Made by a program: the position numbers and the translations under genes. The notes beneath the pieces were generated by a model. The model searched no databases and was not told the DNA's origin. It saw only the letters and a program-made list of their open reading frames with translations. Shown here in pieces: positions 17,597-32,500 of a stretch of DNA of 64,000 nt. Source of the DNA: a virus (Duplodnaviria > Caudoviricetes); the IMG/VR virus record IMGVR_UViG_3300012665_000259, positions 4,404-68,403 of that record; one strand, 5' to 3'. Within the stretch, counting starts at the first letter, position 1, and every line of letters starts with the position of its first letter.

Positions 17597-20500
17597 ATGG
17601 CAGATAACACAAACCCAAACGACAGCGGAATTTCTAATTTTCTTCCTAGATTTTATAGATCTGAGTCGAATAAAAAATTCTTGCAGGCTACTATTGAGCA
17701 ATTGGTTAAGCCAGGCACTGTTAAAAAGATTAACGGATATGTTGGAAGAAAAAACGCTAAGGCAACTACCGGCGAAGATATATTTGTCGCAGCCCCAACA
17801 AGCGATAGACAAAATTACCAATTAGAGCCAGGCATTGCTATTGACGACACATTGGGTAACACTGAATTTTTTAAAGACTATCAAGATTATATAAACCAAT
17901 TAAATGTATTTGGCGCAAATGTTAAAAATCATAGTCGTTTAAACAAACAAGAATTTTATTCTTGGGATCCGCATATTAACTGGGATAAGTTTGTAAACTT
18001 TCAACAATACTACTGGCTACCTTACGGCCCTGACATTGTTACTATCTACGGTCAACAACGTAGAATTACCAGTACATATACTGTTACAACAGAAATTGAA
18101 TTAGACGACAAATCATTTTTGTTTACCCCTAATGGACTAACTCGTAACCCTACATTAAAATTATATAGAGGGCAAACATACTATTTTGAAATAGATAGCC
18201 CCGGCGAACCTTTTAGTATTAAAACTTTACGATCAGGAAGTACCGATAACAGATTTGATAACGGCTTTTCTATTGATAACTTTGCTGTAGAAAAAGGTAC
18301 AATTACATTTACAGTACCGGACGATTGTCCTGATGTGCTATTTTATGTTAGCGAAAACAATATTGACCTCGGCGGCGTATTCCAAGTATTAGACATTAAA
18401 GAAAATACTGAGATTGATGTTGAGTCACAAGTAATTGGAAAAAGAACATACACTTTAAGTAACGGTACAAGTTTAAGCAACGGTATGAAGATTGAGTTTG
18501 GCGGCAACGTTAGTCCCGCTGAATATGCTAAGAAGAAATTTTATGTTGAAGGCGTTGGAACTGCAATTCGTCTTGTGGCAGAAAACGATCTTGAACTAAT
18601 AACACCTTATTCTGCAGAAGTTTCTGTATTATTTGACGACACAACATTTGACTCATTACCGTTTAGTAACGCTACAGTCTATTCAGGCCAAGTTGATTAC
18701 ATTGTTATAAATCGTGCCAGCAGAGATAGAAACCCGTGGAGTCGCTACAACAAGTGGTTCCATCAAGATGTTATTACTAAGAGTGCTGAATATAACGGAA
18801 AGATTTCAGACTTAAATCAAAATATCCGAGCAGTAAGACCAATTATTGAATTTGATGCTGACCTTAAATTGTTTAATTTTGGTTTAGAGTCTGCACCAGA
18901 CGTAGACTTAGTAGATACATTTACAACAGATGTCTTCTCAACAATTGAAGGATCTATTGGTTATAACGTTGACGGTGTACAGTTAGTAAATGGACACAAG
19001 GTTCTTTTTACAGCTGACAACGATATACTTGTTAAAAATAAAATTTATCAAGTAAGTTTTATTGATGTGCAAGATAGTGTTAAACAGACTAGAGTTAGAC
19101 AAATACATTTATTAGAAATAAATGCTCCTGTTGAAAATCAAGTAGTTGTAATTAGACAAGGTGATGCCAATAAAGGTACTATGCGTTGGTTCAACGGTAG
19201 CGATTGGGTTGTTGCACAAAATAAAATTTCATTAAACCAGCCTCCATTATTTGATGTTGTTGACAGTAACGGATATAGTTTTAGTGATAGATCTGTATAT
19301 GATGGTTCAACATTTGTTGGTACAAAACTTTTCTCATATAAAATTGGAACAGGCACTGCTGATGCATCTTTAGGATTTTCTCTTTCTTATAGAAATATTA
19401 GCAACGTTGGTGATATTGTTTTTAATTTTAATGCAGTTACTGACAGTTTCCAATATAAGCAAGTAGAAAAGATTTTACAAAAGAATATTAGCGTTGGATA
19501 CTTGGTTAAATCCGCGGGTAACAATACTGTAACCTACGAAAACGGATGGCAAACAAGTACGATTGATCATAATTATCAACCGGCAATTAGAGTTTACAAA
19601 GATTCTAATTTAACAAACAACTTTAGTTTAGATATATTTGATAATAAAAACAACCTAGACGATTTAGAAGTTAGAGTATACATTAACGGTATTCGTTTAG
19701 ATAAATCCTTATGGACAATCGTTGACGGTGCAGTTTATAAAAAGATTTTACTAACAACTGATATTAAAACATCAGACGTGTTAACTATTAAAGCGTTTGC
19801 AAATCAGCCAATTAACAAAAACGGTTACTATGAGATTCCTGTAAACTTACAAAATAATCCGTTGAATGCGGTAATGGAAGATTTTACATTAGGTGAAGTA
19901 ATCGACCACGTAAATTCTATTATTGACAACTCTACAAAGTTTGTTGGTACATTTCCAGGAAGTAATAATTTAAGAGACTTAGGAAACGTTACTACATTAG
20001 GTACAAAATTTGTACAACACAGCGGCCCTATGAGTCTTGGCATGTACCATGTTACTTCTAGCTCAAATAATATTGTTAGGGCTATTGAACAGGCAAGAGA
20101 GGAATACGGACAGTTTAAACGAAACTTTTTAACAGTGGCAATCAGTTTAGGGATTGACACTGATCCTAAGACGCATGTTGATTTGATCTTACAAGACCTG
20201 AACAAAGACAAGCCAAAGAAATCTCCCTATTATTTTAGTGATATGATTCCTTATGGTTCCACAGTGCGTAATGACTTTACAGTTATTGATTATCGAATTT
20301 TAACATATCCGTTGTCTAATGTATTTGATTTAGATGTGTTATCTAACAAGAGTGTAGGTGTGTACTTAAACTCAGTGCAACTTATATACGGAAAAGATTA
20401 TGTATTTGATAGCCAAGGGTTTGTAAAAATCATTTCTGGTTTGCAAAATGATGACATCGTTACAATCTATGAATATGATAACACCGACGGATGTTTTGTT

Positions 20501-23500
20501 CCTCAAACCCCTACTAAGTTAGGCATCTGGCCAAAATACGAACCTAAAATTTATACTGATACAAGTTTAATTACTCCCCGAGTAATGATCCAAGGTCACG
20601 ACGGCAGTCAAGTATTAGCCTACGGGGACTTTAGAGACAATTTAATTTTAGAATTAGAAAAGAGAATTTTTAATAACATCAAAGTAGATTACAATCCAGA
20701 AATTTTTAATATCTATGATATTATTCCAGGATATTCTCGAAACACTGATTATTCGTTAGCAGAATTTAATGAAGTACTCGCTCCTAACTTTTTTAAATGG
20801 ACAAGTTTAATTGATAGAGATTTTACAAAACCGCTAAGTTTTAATAGAAATGATTCTAAGACATTCAACTATCGAGGACAGTCTGCCCCAGATGGAAGGG
20901 AAGTTCCGGGATATTGGAGAGGAATCTATCGTTGGATGTTTGACACAGACCGTCCAAATATTTGCCCGTGGGAAATGTTGGGCTATTCTCTTGAACCAAC
21001 ATGGTGGCAAACTGTATATGGACCAGCACCATATACTAGCGATAATAAAATCATGTGGCAAGATTTATCTGACGGAGTTATCAGAGAACCTGGAAAACCA
21101 GTTGAAAGAAATTATACATTTGCCCGACCATTTTTGATCAATTGTATACCTGTTGACGAATCTGGAAATCTTGTTAGCCCTTTATATTCTAATACTGCTA
21201 TTGGTTTAATTACCCAAGCGTCTGAGGGTGACTTTGTATTTGGTGATGTAAGTCCTATTGAAGCCGCATGGCGCAGAAGTAGTTATTATCCGTTTAGCGT
21301 GTTGTTAACAGCAATGTTGTTAAAGCCTGCAAGCACATTTGGTTTATTATTAGATAGATCAAGAGTTGTTAGAAATCTAACAGGACAACTAATTTATAGT
21401 GATTCTGGATTGCGAGTAACACCGAGGGATGTAGTACTACCTAACATTTATTCTAGTGATACCCGTAGTCAAACAGCAGGTGTAATCAACTATATTGTAG
21501 ATTACATTCTAAGTGACAATTTAAAATCTTACGATCAATATTTGTACGACCTTGACAATCTCAATTTTAAATTAAGTTATCGAATTGGTGGATTTACAAG
21601 TAAAGAAAAATTTAATTTACTATTAGATAGTAAGAATCCTACTGCGGTAGGCGGAGTCTTTGTTCCTCAAGAAAACTATAAAGTTGTTTTAAATTCAAGT
21701 AGTCCCATTAAAAAGCTAACATACAGCGGTGTAATTATAACAAAATTACAAGACGGTTTTGAAGTTAAGGGATATTCTAAAACTCAACCTTTCTTTAAAT
21801 ATTATGCGTGGATACAATCAGGCCTGCCAATTAACGTTGGCGGAATTTCTGAAAATTATGTTTTGTGGTCTCCTAACGAACGATATACATTGCAAAAAGT
21901 TGTTGCATACAACAATAAGTTTTATAGAGTAATAGTTCCTCATTTGTCAACAGCTACCTTCGAACCTAAGAATTTCCAAGGGCTTGCTAAATTACCTATT
22001 ACTGGCGGCCGAGACGCTATTTTTAGAAAACTATGGGACCGAACTGATGCATTGGTAGTTCCTTACGGTACTAAATTTAGAACTATACAAGAAGTTGTTG
22101 ATTTCCTGCAGGGATACGGCGAGTATTTAAAAGACGAAGGGTTTATATTTGATGATTTTAATACTACCTTAAGCCAAATTACTAACTGGGAAACTAGTGC
22201 TAAAGAATTTTTATTCTGGACAACTCAAAATTGGTCAAGTGGCCAAGACAAGTGGGCCGACTGGATGGCCGACGAGAAAGTTGAATATGGAAGTATTGTA
22301 AGATACAATGGCGACTACTATAGAGCTATTAGGCTTGTTCCGGCATCTCCTATTTTTGAAGAGCAATATTATAATAAACTAGAAGGGTTAAGCACTGTTG
22401 GTAGCTCAGTAATTTCTTTAAGCCCGGCTGCTAGTAGAATTGTAGTTAAAACTGAGTATTCAGTTGTTGATGACATTTTAAATCAATTTAATGGATACGA
22501 AATTTTTAAAGTAGATGGTACAAAACTTGAACCAAACTTTATTAACTCTTACAGGTCTGGAAATTATGTTACATATTCTCCAGCAACGGACGACGGCATC
22601 TTTGGTGCTACGTTCTTCTTAGTACAAAAAGAACAAGTAGTGTTGTTGGATAATTCAACATTATTCAATGATACGATTTACAATCCAACGAGCGGTTACA
22701 GACAAGAGCGTATTAAAACTTCTAGTTATGTTAGCACAGCATGGGATGGCAGTTTTGATGTAGCTGGTTTTGTGTTTGATCAAGCTAAAATACAAAACTG
22801 GGCAGCATGGACTGATTATGCGTTAGGAGATGTAGTCAAGTATAAAGAATTCTATTACAGCGCATTGTCGTCTATTGTAGGTGGAGAATTGTTTATCTCT
22901 AACGAGTGGACAAAGCTAGCTGAAAAACCAACACCTGCATTACTACCTAATTGGTCTTACAAGGCTGCACAGTTTACTGATTTCTATAGTCTTGATAGCG
23001 GAAACTTTGATGTTGGTCAGCAAAAGATGGCTCAACATTTAATTGGTTATCAACCTAGACAGTATTTGTCTAACATTATTAAAGATGATGTTAGTGAATT
23101 TAAATTCTATCAAGGTATGATTATTGAAAAAGGTACACAAAATAGTTTAAACAAACTGTTTGACGTATTAAGTGCAGAAGGCCAAGAAAGTTTAAAATTC
23201 TTTGAAGAATGGGCAGTTCGTGTTGGACAATACGGTGCTTCATCTGCGTTTGAAGATATTGAATTTGAATTAGATCAGTCATTATTTAAAAACAATCCAC
23301 AAGGCTTTGAGTTAACTCAGTTGCCTGAAGACAGGCTTGATTTTATTATTAGACAAACTCCAAATGATTTATATTTAAAACCGTTAGGATATTCAAGCAA
23401 TCCTTGGATCTTAAATAAGAAATTTACACCGTTTCTCAGAACCCCTGGCTATGCCCGACACGAGGATGTCGCATTAGTATTAGATAATGTTGACGAAGTT

Positions 23501-26500
23501 TTAAACGAAGACCCGTCGGCATTAAATGTAGATGATTATATTTGGTGTGCGTTTGAAGGACGCGAATGGAATATCTATCGTTATGCCGCATCTGATTTAA
23601 AAATTACTAATATTACATATGGCAATCAAAAGTTAGTAGTCACTACTAATATGCAAGTACGCCTAGACGTCGGCACATACATTGCATTGGTACAATTAAA
23701 TAAAATTTCTGGATTCTATAAAATAGATTCTGTTAGCTTAAACACATTTACAATTAAAACAGTATTAACAGTTCCTCCAGATGTGCCATTTGCAGATCAA
23801 GATAGTGTGCAATTATTTTATCTAACTCCGCAACGAATTGATTCTATAGACAATGCACGTACAATTATTCCAAACAGACTATCGCCTGGCGAACGTATGT
23901 GGACCGATGACCGAGGTGACGGCAAATGGGCAGTATGGGAATATAACAGTGTGTATACTGAGCGTGCATTTGAAAACTCTTCTCCGGAAGATGATCTTGC
24001 ATACGGAAAAAACATTGCAATCACTAAAAACGGTACATATGCAGTTGTGTCTACAGCAAACAACATTGTAATTGCATACGATAAAGTCCCTGGTTCAACA
24101 AAATGGTTACAACGTCAATCTATTGCAACACCATTTATATTTTTAATTGGTAATACAAATGACCAAGTTCCTGGATACTTTGGAGAAACAGTAGCAATAT
24201 CAAATGATGGCACTTGGATTGCAATTGGTTCGCCTTTAGTAAGTGAAGCCGCAACTAATTTTGCAGGTGTACACTCTTCTGGTTCTTCTTACTCAGCAGG
24301 TGATATTGTGTATAGTAATTTGTTACACTATATTGCAAAACAAAATGTTACCAGCGGAGTTGCGATTACAAATACTGTATTCTGGAAAGCAATTAGTTAC
24401 CTTGAAACAGATGTAACTGGTTCTGCATCCGGTCTAACTGCACACGGTGTAGTATCTATATATAAACGCGATGCTTCAAACATTGCAAACTTAGTAACTA
24501 CAATCCTTAGCCCTTACCCAGCCAATAACGAAAAATTTGGTTCTTCAATTGCATTTGCAAACGATACTATGTTTGTTTCGGCAGCTGGCGCAAATAATAA
24601 TCAAGGCCGTGTCTATCAACTAAACTACAATACTGTTGTTGCAACATCAACTTATATTCCTAACGGTAGCTCTGGTACTACATTAAAAGTAGCAAGTACT
24701 GCCGATATTGAAGAGGGTATGTTTATCACAGGAACGGGATTTGCAGGTTATCAAGAAGTGTTGTCAATTGTAGATTCTTCTACATTACAAATTTCAGAAG
24801 CACCTGGATCAACACCGTTTGGTACACTAACATTTACAATTAGTCGTTGGGAATATTCTTATAACAGAAAATATAAGAATACATTTAATTCTTCTGCAAC
24901 TTATTTGAAAGACGATCTAGTACAGTATAAAAATAATGTTTACCGAGCATTAACTAATATTACTTTAACTACAAATCCAACGGTGAATAATGAATGGGAA
25001 CTAACCACTCCTGGAAATATCACAGGTTTCTATCCTCAACAAGTAGTATCTGGCGACAGTACAGTATCCTACTTACCGTCAATTGGTGAAAATGTTGAAG
25101 CTATTCAACAAGGTGGCCTATTTGGTTATGCTATTTCAGTAAGCGAAGACGGTTCTCAGTTGGCAATTTCAGCACCATTAGCAGATCAAACAACCTATAC
25201 AACATTTAAAGGTGACTACAATGCTGATATGGTTTACTCAATTAACGATATAGTTCAACGAACATTTGGCAATAAGGTAGCGTCAGTGTTACTCGATAGT
25301 ACTTTAACTCGTAACTTCGATGCCGGCACAGTTGTTACATTCTCGGCGCCTCAGTTAGCAGGTGGCACTACTGCCACGGGAACAGCTACAGTTGTACTAG
25401 ACGATGGCGATGAAGTTCAAGAAAACGATGAACGCACCGTTATTAAGATTACTATAACAAATCCAGGCAGCGGATATACTTCTCCGCCAACAGTCACATT
25501 AACAGATGCCGACAGTGGTAGTGGCGAGTTTTATGAAACTATTGTAACAACTATAGAGCCTGATATTGCATATTACAGATGCACTTATAACTTTGATGGG
25601 GCAGCAGCCGGAGTATGGAATGCCGGCCGCTGGAGTAGATTACCAATTGATAGAATTAGAACAGGTAATGTATTTGTATACTCATTAGAGAATAACAATT
25701 ATACATTGAAACAAACACTTTCTAGTTCTATTATTACAACTGCACAACGTTTTGGTAATAGCATTGCAGTATCTGGTACTGGTCAGTACATTGCTGTTGG
25801 TTCTACACTATATGACGGTGCAGAAACTGACCAGGGTAGGGTTGTTGTATATAAATTAGGTCAATCTTTATTTGCAGAATATCAAGTAATTGATGGACAC
25901 AATGTTGAAGAAGGTGCATACTTTGGATCTAAGTTAGGATTCATGAATGATTACGAGACATTAGTAGTGTTTAGTGCCAATGCTGACAGTTATTCAATTG
26001 CATCTTTTGATAATGGAGATACTATTTTTGATAACGGAGTAATGCAGTTAGTTGAAAATAATATTGACAGTGGTAGAATTGATGTGTTTGATAGATATGC
26101 AAATAACTGGATCTTTAGTGAAAGTTTAGATGTTGAAACTATCGCTGGTGACGGATACGGTATTGGATTTGCAGTAGGAACTAATAACATTTTAGTAGGC
26201 GCACCGTATGCAACTGATAATACATTAAACTCAGGACTTATTTTTAATTACGAAAAGCCAAGACATACACGTTCTTGGTCTCAAGTGTTCTACGAACACG
26301 ATAAACCAGATATTAGTAAAATTAAAAAAGCATTCTTGTATAACAAACGTAGTAATGAACTTATTACCTATATTGACATAATTGATCCTATTCAAGGAAA
26401 AATTCCAGGTATTGCTGAACAAGAACTTAAATTCAAAACATTTTACGATCCTGCAACATACTCTACAGGAGCAGGAGATGTAAAAGTTGATGAAGGTATG

Positions 26501-29500
26501 GCATGGACATCTGGTAAAGTTGGAATGCTATGGTGGGATCTAACTCGCGCAAAATTTATTGATAGTTATGGCGGAGATGTAGTATTTAGAAACACTACAT
26601 GGAATACTTTATTTGATACTGCTAGCATTGATATCTACGAGTGGGTTGAGTCTTCACTAAAGCCATCAGAGTGGGATAAGAAAGCAGATACGGAAGCAGG
26701 ACTTGCATCCGGCATCAGCGGAACAAGTCGTTACGGTGATACAGTATACAGTCAAAAAACTAGATACGACAATATTAGCAAGACTAAGAAATTTACATAT
26801 TACTACTGGGTAAAGAATAAAAAGACTATACCTGGCACACAAGGCCGAATGATGAGCGCAAGTGATGTTGCAACTTTAATTGCAAATCCTAAAGGGCAAG
26901 GTCACAAGTATCTTGCGTTAACTAGCGCCAATTCGTTTAGTCTTGTAAACGTTAAGCCTTTGTTGCAAGATAAAGATGTAGTCCTATCAGTTCAGTATTG
27001 GACTATAGATCAAACATCTCAAAATATACACAGTCAGTGGAGTTTAATCAGCGAAGACGAAAATAGTAGCTTGCCTGCATCAATTGAAGAAAAGTGGTTT
27101 GACAGTCTATGCGGAAAAGATAGAAACAATCGAGTTGTTCCTGACTTAAATCTTCCGCCTAAACTACGATATGGTGTAGAATTCCGCCCACGTCAAAGTA
27201 TGTTTGTTAACAGATTTGAAACATTAAAACAGTTTGTTGAAAGAGCAAACTCTGCGTTGTTAGCAAATCAAATCGTTAAGAGCAGAGATATTTCAGCGTT
27301 AAACAGTTTTGATCCATCTCCAAGTTTAATTACTGCATTGTATGATGTTGCATTTGATACAGATGCGGAATTAAGATTTGCAAGTGTTAGTACAGTGAAG
27401 CTTGCTATTATTACTCCGGTAGTAGTTGATGGTTATATTACTGGTATTGAAATTAGTGAAGCAGGAAACGGTTATCTAACTGCACCTTATATTACGGTAA
27501 AGGGTAACGGCACTGGAGCAGAACTTCGTGCAATTATAAATTCAAAAGGCCAAATTACTGGTGTTGATATTATCGACAAAGGTAAGGGCTACGATGAATA
27601 TACAACTTTAGAAATTAGAAATTATTCAGCATTGGTGTTAAGCGATAGCCAGGCCCTAGGTCGCTGGAGCATCTATTCATATGATCCATATTATAAAGTA
27701 TGGTCACGAACACAGAGTCAAGCATATGACACTAGAAGATACTGGACATATGCTGACTGGTATGCAGACGGTGTAACACAATTTACTCTAGCAGATTTCT
27801 CAGTAGATACTATTAGTGAAATTGGTTCCCTAACGGTTAAAATTGGCCAGTATGTTAAAGTAAGAACTACAGGTAATGGCGGCTGGGAATTGTTACAGAA
27901 GTATGCAGAGTCCGAATCAATTGATTGGACACAAAGTTATCATGTTGTAGGCACACAAGCTGGCACAATTCAGTTGAGTAGTGAACTTTATAAATTTACT
28001 GACACTACATTAGGATACGATGGCGCACTATTTGACGGGGACACTTTTGATAATACCGCAGTAATTGAACTGCGTGTAATTTTAGATACTATTAAGAACA
28101 AGTTGTTTATTGACGATCTAAAGCAAGTTTACTTAGATCTATTCTTTGCGTGTCTACGATATGCACATACTGAACAAACTTACTTAGACTGGGCATTTAA
28201 AACTAGTTTTGTACGTGTTCAGCACAATGTCGGTGAACTAAAACAAAAAGTAACTTATAACAACGATAATTTAGCAAACTTTGAAGATTACATTGCAGAA
28301 GTTAAACCTTATAGAACTCAAATTAGAGAATATGTAAGTGAGTATACTAGATTAGACACAACACAAAGTTCAGTAACTGATTTTGATTTACCACCGATTC
28401 TTAGAAATGCACAAAATGTTCCTGTGTTTGTAAACAATGTTGCAGGAGATATCCAGTCAACTGAACCTGCTATTTTAGAATATCCATGGAAACATTGGTT
28501 AGACAATGTCGGTTTTGAAATTACAAGTTTAAAATTAGTTGATCAAGGTTCTAATTATATTACAGAACCAGTAGTTAGAATTATTGATCAAGATGCTAAC
28601 AGTACTGCTATACCGGCAACTGCTAGGGCATTCATTGCCAACGGCCGCGTTAGTCGAATTATTTTATTAACACCTGGCTCTGGTTATTTAACAGCCCCTA
28701 AAGTTGTTATTGATGGTGGTCTTGATGTAGGCGGAGTTGCCGCAACTGCTGTGGCAATCATAGGCAATGGTGTTGTACGTTCTAATTTTATTAAAATGAA
28801 ATTTGATAGAACAAGTCGAACATACTTTATTTCTGAATTAGATGAGTCGGCAACATTTACCGGTACAGGCAATCAACTACAATTTGTATTGAAGTGGGCA
28901 CCTGATATTAGAATTGGTAAGAGCACAGTTACAGTAGACGGTGTAGAAGTGTTGAGAGCTAACTATACATTGGCAATCAACAAGACAACAACTCGTGGAT
29001 ATACTAGTTACTATGGCACTTTAACTTTTAAAACAGCACCTGCCAAGAATGCATCTATTGCAATCTCATATATTAAAGATTGGTCATTGTTAAATGCCGC
29101 TGATAGAATTCAATATTACTATAATCCAGAAACTGGACAATTAGGTAAGGACTTAGCACAATTGATGACCGGTGTTGATTACGGTGGTGTAATTATAACT
29201 GGTTTAGATTTTAGTGTGTCCACCGGCTGGGATAGTCTTCCATTCTTTACTGATCGTTGGGATGAAATTGACCCAACCTTTGATGATTACATTATTAAAG
29301 CTGGTTTAAACTCTAACGAGTTTGAGTTACCTTATATTCCAGAATACGGTACAATTATCAACATCTATCATAACGGTATTAGAATTGATGACCCGTACTA
29401 CGGGACAGGATTACAGACAAATGATAATGCTACAATGCAAACATTTGTAGGCGACGGATTGACTAGTTTAGTATCACTACCGTCAATTGCTGTAACTCGT

Positions 29501-32500
29501 GCATCAGACACAGTTTCATTATCTGGATCATCAAGTATTAAATTTACAGATGTAACTGGTATTCAAGTAGGTAGCTTGGTATTATCACCGGACGTGATTA
29601 CAGTAGGAACAACAGTTGTATCAGTTACTGGAAACGTTGTGCCAATTACAAGTACTGGCACTATTTCAGAAACTACATTGACAGCTCCCGGACTAACATC
29701 TTATGCAGTTGGCATGAGGGTAACCGGTGTAGGTGTTCAACCCGATACTTACATTTTATCAGTAGTAGCATCTGTTCCAACAGTTAAAGAAATACAAAAG
29801 ATTTTAGTAACTGGAACCGCAACAGGCCCTGTATCTTTCTTAGGTAATACAGTACTTGGCTCAGCCGCTGGTAATACTGCAAAACAAATTGTAATTAAAA
29901 TTGTATCTGATAGAGTTGCAGTAATTGCAGCCTGGAATTCTGCTAATCCGTTAAGCTCAATTGAAGAATTAGAAATTGACTTATTTGAAAATGGCGAGAC
30001 TACTATTAAAGTTACATTTGCCAGCTCTGCCGGTAACACTTCAAAATTGATATCTGTAGTTGGAGGCGTGTTTAGCGCAGGCATAACATTTGGAGAAAGC
30101 CAAGTTACTAGAGAAGGTGTCGGCGGAACTACATCAACAGCTACTATTTCTGTAAGTCAAACAGTGGCAACAGCTACGCCGATGACGTTCCTACCAATAA
30201 TAGAAATATCAAATCCTATTTTAGCAAATATTCCTAATAGTGTTGAGTTGGTGGTTGGTAACGGTACTAACTTTACATTAGGTGAGCAACTAAAAGGTGC
30301 AACAAAAATTGCACTAAGCAACGCTACTGGAATAGAAGACGGTGATGAAGTTAGTTCTTATCTAGATAGAATTACAACTACTGCAATACCTGTCAACACT
30401 TCGGTAGTAAGTATTAATCCTATAACTAACATTGTTGAGTTATCTCACGCAATTACTGCTGAAATTCCAGTTGATACTGATATAACATTTGGATATAACA
30501 AATTATATTTCCGTAAGAGCACTAGTGATGGTAGCATTAAACCTCAAGAAGTAGATTATGATACTACCTTAATTGGCGGTGATTTGGCGTATACTAGTGC
30601 CACTGGACTAGCAGCCGACGACATTTTAGTTGACGGTGACGGATTTGTTACCCCTACTACTAGTCCGGATGTTGAAGAAGTTGTCCCTGGACAAATTGTT
30701 GACACTGTAGCGATTAAAGTATTTTATAGACCGTCTAGCGGAGCAGCCAATGTTAGAGTTGATAATTATGTTGCTGACGGAGTTACAGATTCATTTACAA
30801 TAACACAGTATCCAAATAGTAAAGAGGCTGTACTAGTAAAAGTAGGAAATACTATTTTAACTAATGTTGTTGATTATACTGTAAATTATCGTGACCGCAC
30901 AATTACGTTAGACGTTGTTCCGGCTGCTAATTCGATTGTATCATTGTTTACTTTTGGATTCAATGGTGCAGGTGTATTAGATATTGACTACTTTGTTGGG
31001 GACGGCGATACATTTGAATTTATCACAAAAGCACCGTGGACCGGAGCGCAATCATCAATTGCATACGTTGATGGTTTGATAGAGCCTTACGAGCTATTCC
31101 AAACAGATTCAACTTATGAAAGCGTAAACAGCGTTGGGATTAGATTTGGTACTGCACCCGCAATCGGTGCAATTATTAACTTTGTAGTAGTTGAAGGCGC
31201 TGATGAAAACTTCTCCACAATTAAAACAGAAACAATTACGGGTAACGGCACAACACGTACTTTTGACCTAGTAAATAAAATTGGCTCAGCTTTACCATTA
31301 GAGCCAAATGTTATTGTTCGTGTTGGTCAAGAGATATATCGTCCTGCTAATAACAGTTACTATCAAATTTCTAAAAATAAATTAACGTATGTCATTGATC
31401 AATCTAAGGTACTACCTTACGAACCAGATATGGCAGATATTACTGTGTTTGCAAACGGTATACAACTTTCAGTGAATGTTGATTATATTATTGATCCAAG
31501 TGTCATTAGTGTTAAAATTACTAAAGCAGCCTATGCATTGTATAAAGGCACAACATTAATAGTTAGTGTTGCAAAAGGTCAAGAATACATATTGACTCCT
31601 TCAGCAGAAGCCATAGGTGATGTATTAGCAATACCTGCAACAATTACATTTACTACTGCTCCTGGTGTTGGTCAAGTAGTTGAAATAATGTCTGCTTATA
31701 AACACGATGTTCTAGATATCCAGCGTACTGCAATTAGTGTTAAGACTAACCTAACCTACGAGCCAGATTCTTTTGAATACTATAATTACATTGGTATAAA
31801 CAGCGGATATATTAAATTAGATAGATCAGTTGTCGATACATCAAGTGTATGGGTAACTAAAAATGGATTGTTACTAACTCCAAGCATAGACTATAAATTG
31901 AATAAAGACAAGCAGAGCATTACATTTGATCAACCGCTATCAGAATTTGATACAATTGATCTAATAACATATTCTAGCAATGTTTATAAACAAACATTGA
32001 GCTATATGCAATTTAAAGATATGTTAAATAGAACACACTTTAAACGACTGAGCCTCAAGAAACAAACAGAGCTTACTCGAGATCTAAACTACTACGACTT
32101 TGAAATTCACGTAGCTGATGCAAGTGCATTTGATGTGCCAAACCAATCTAAAAACTTGCCAGGTATTGTTGAAATTAATGGAGAGCGTATCGAATATTTT
32201 GTAAAATCTGGTAATATACTAAGTCGCTTACGCCGAAGCACATTGGGTACGGGCGCCGCTTCTAAGTATCTTGCCGGCACAAAGGTTCAAGATATTGGAC
32301 CTAGTGAGACTATTCCTTATAGAGATACTACTACTGTTGAACAGATTACAACCACTGGCAGCGGATTAGTTGAATTAAATTTTGTCCCAACTAAGTCAGC
32401 AAATGCATGGAGTTTTGATCAAGGATTTGAGACTGCAATTCCTGAAGGGTACGGACAGAGTAACGAAATGGAAGTGTTTGTTGGCGGATACGATACTTCT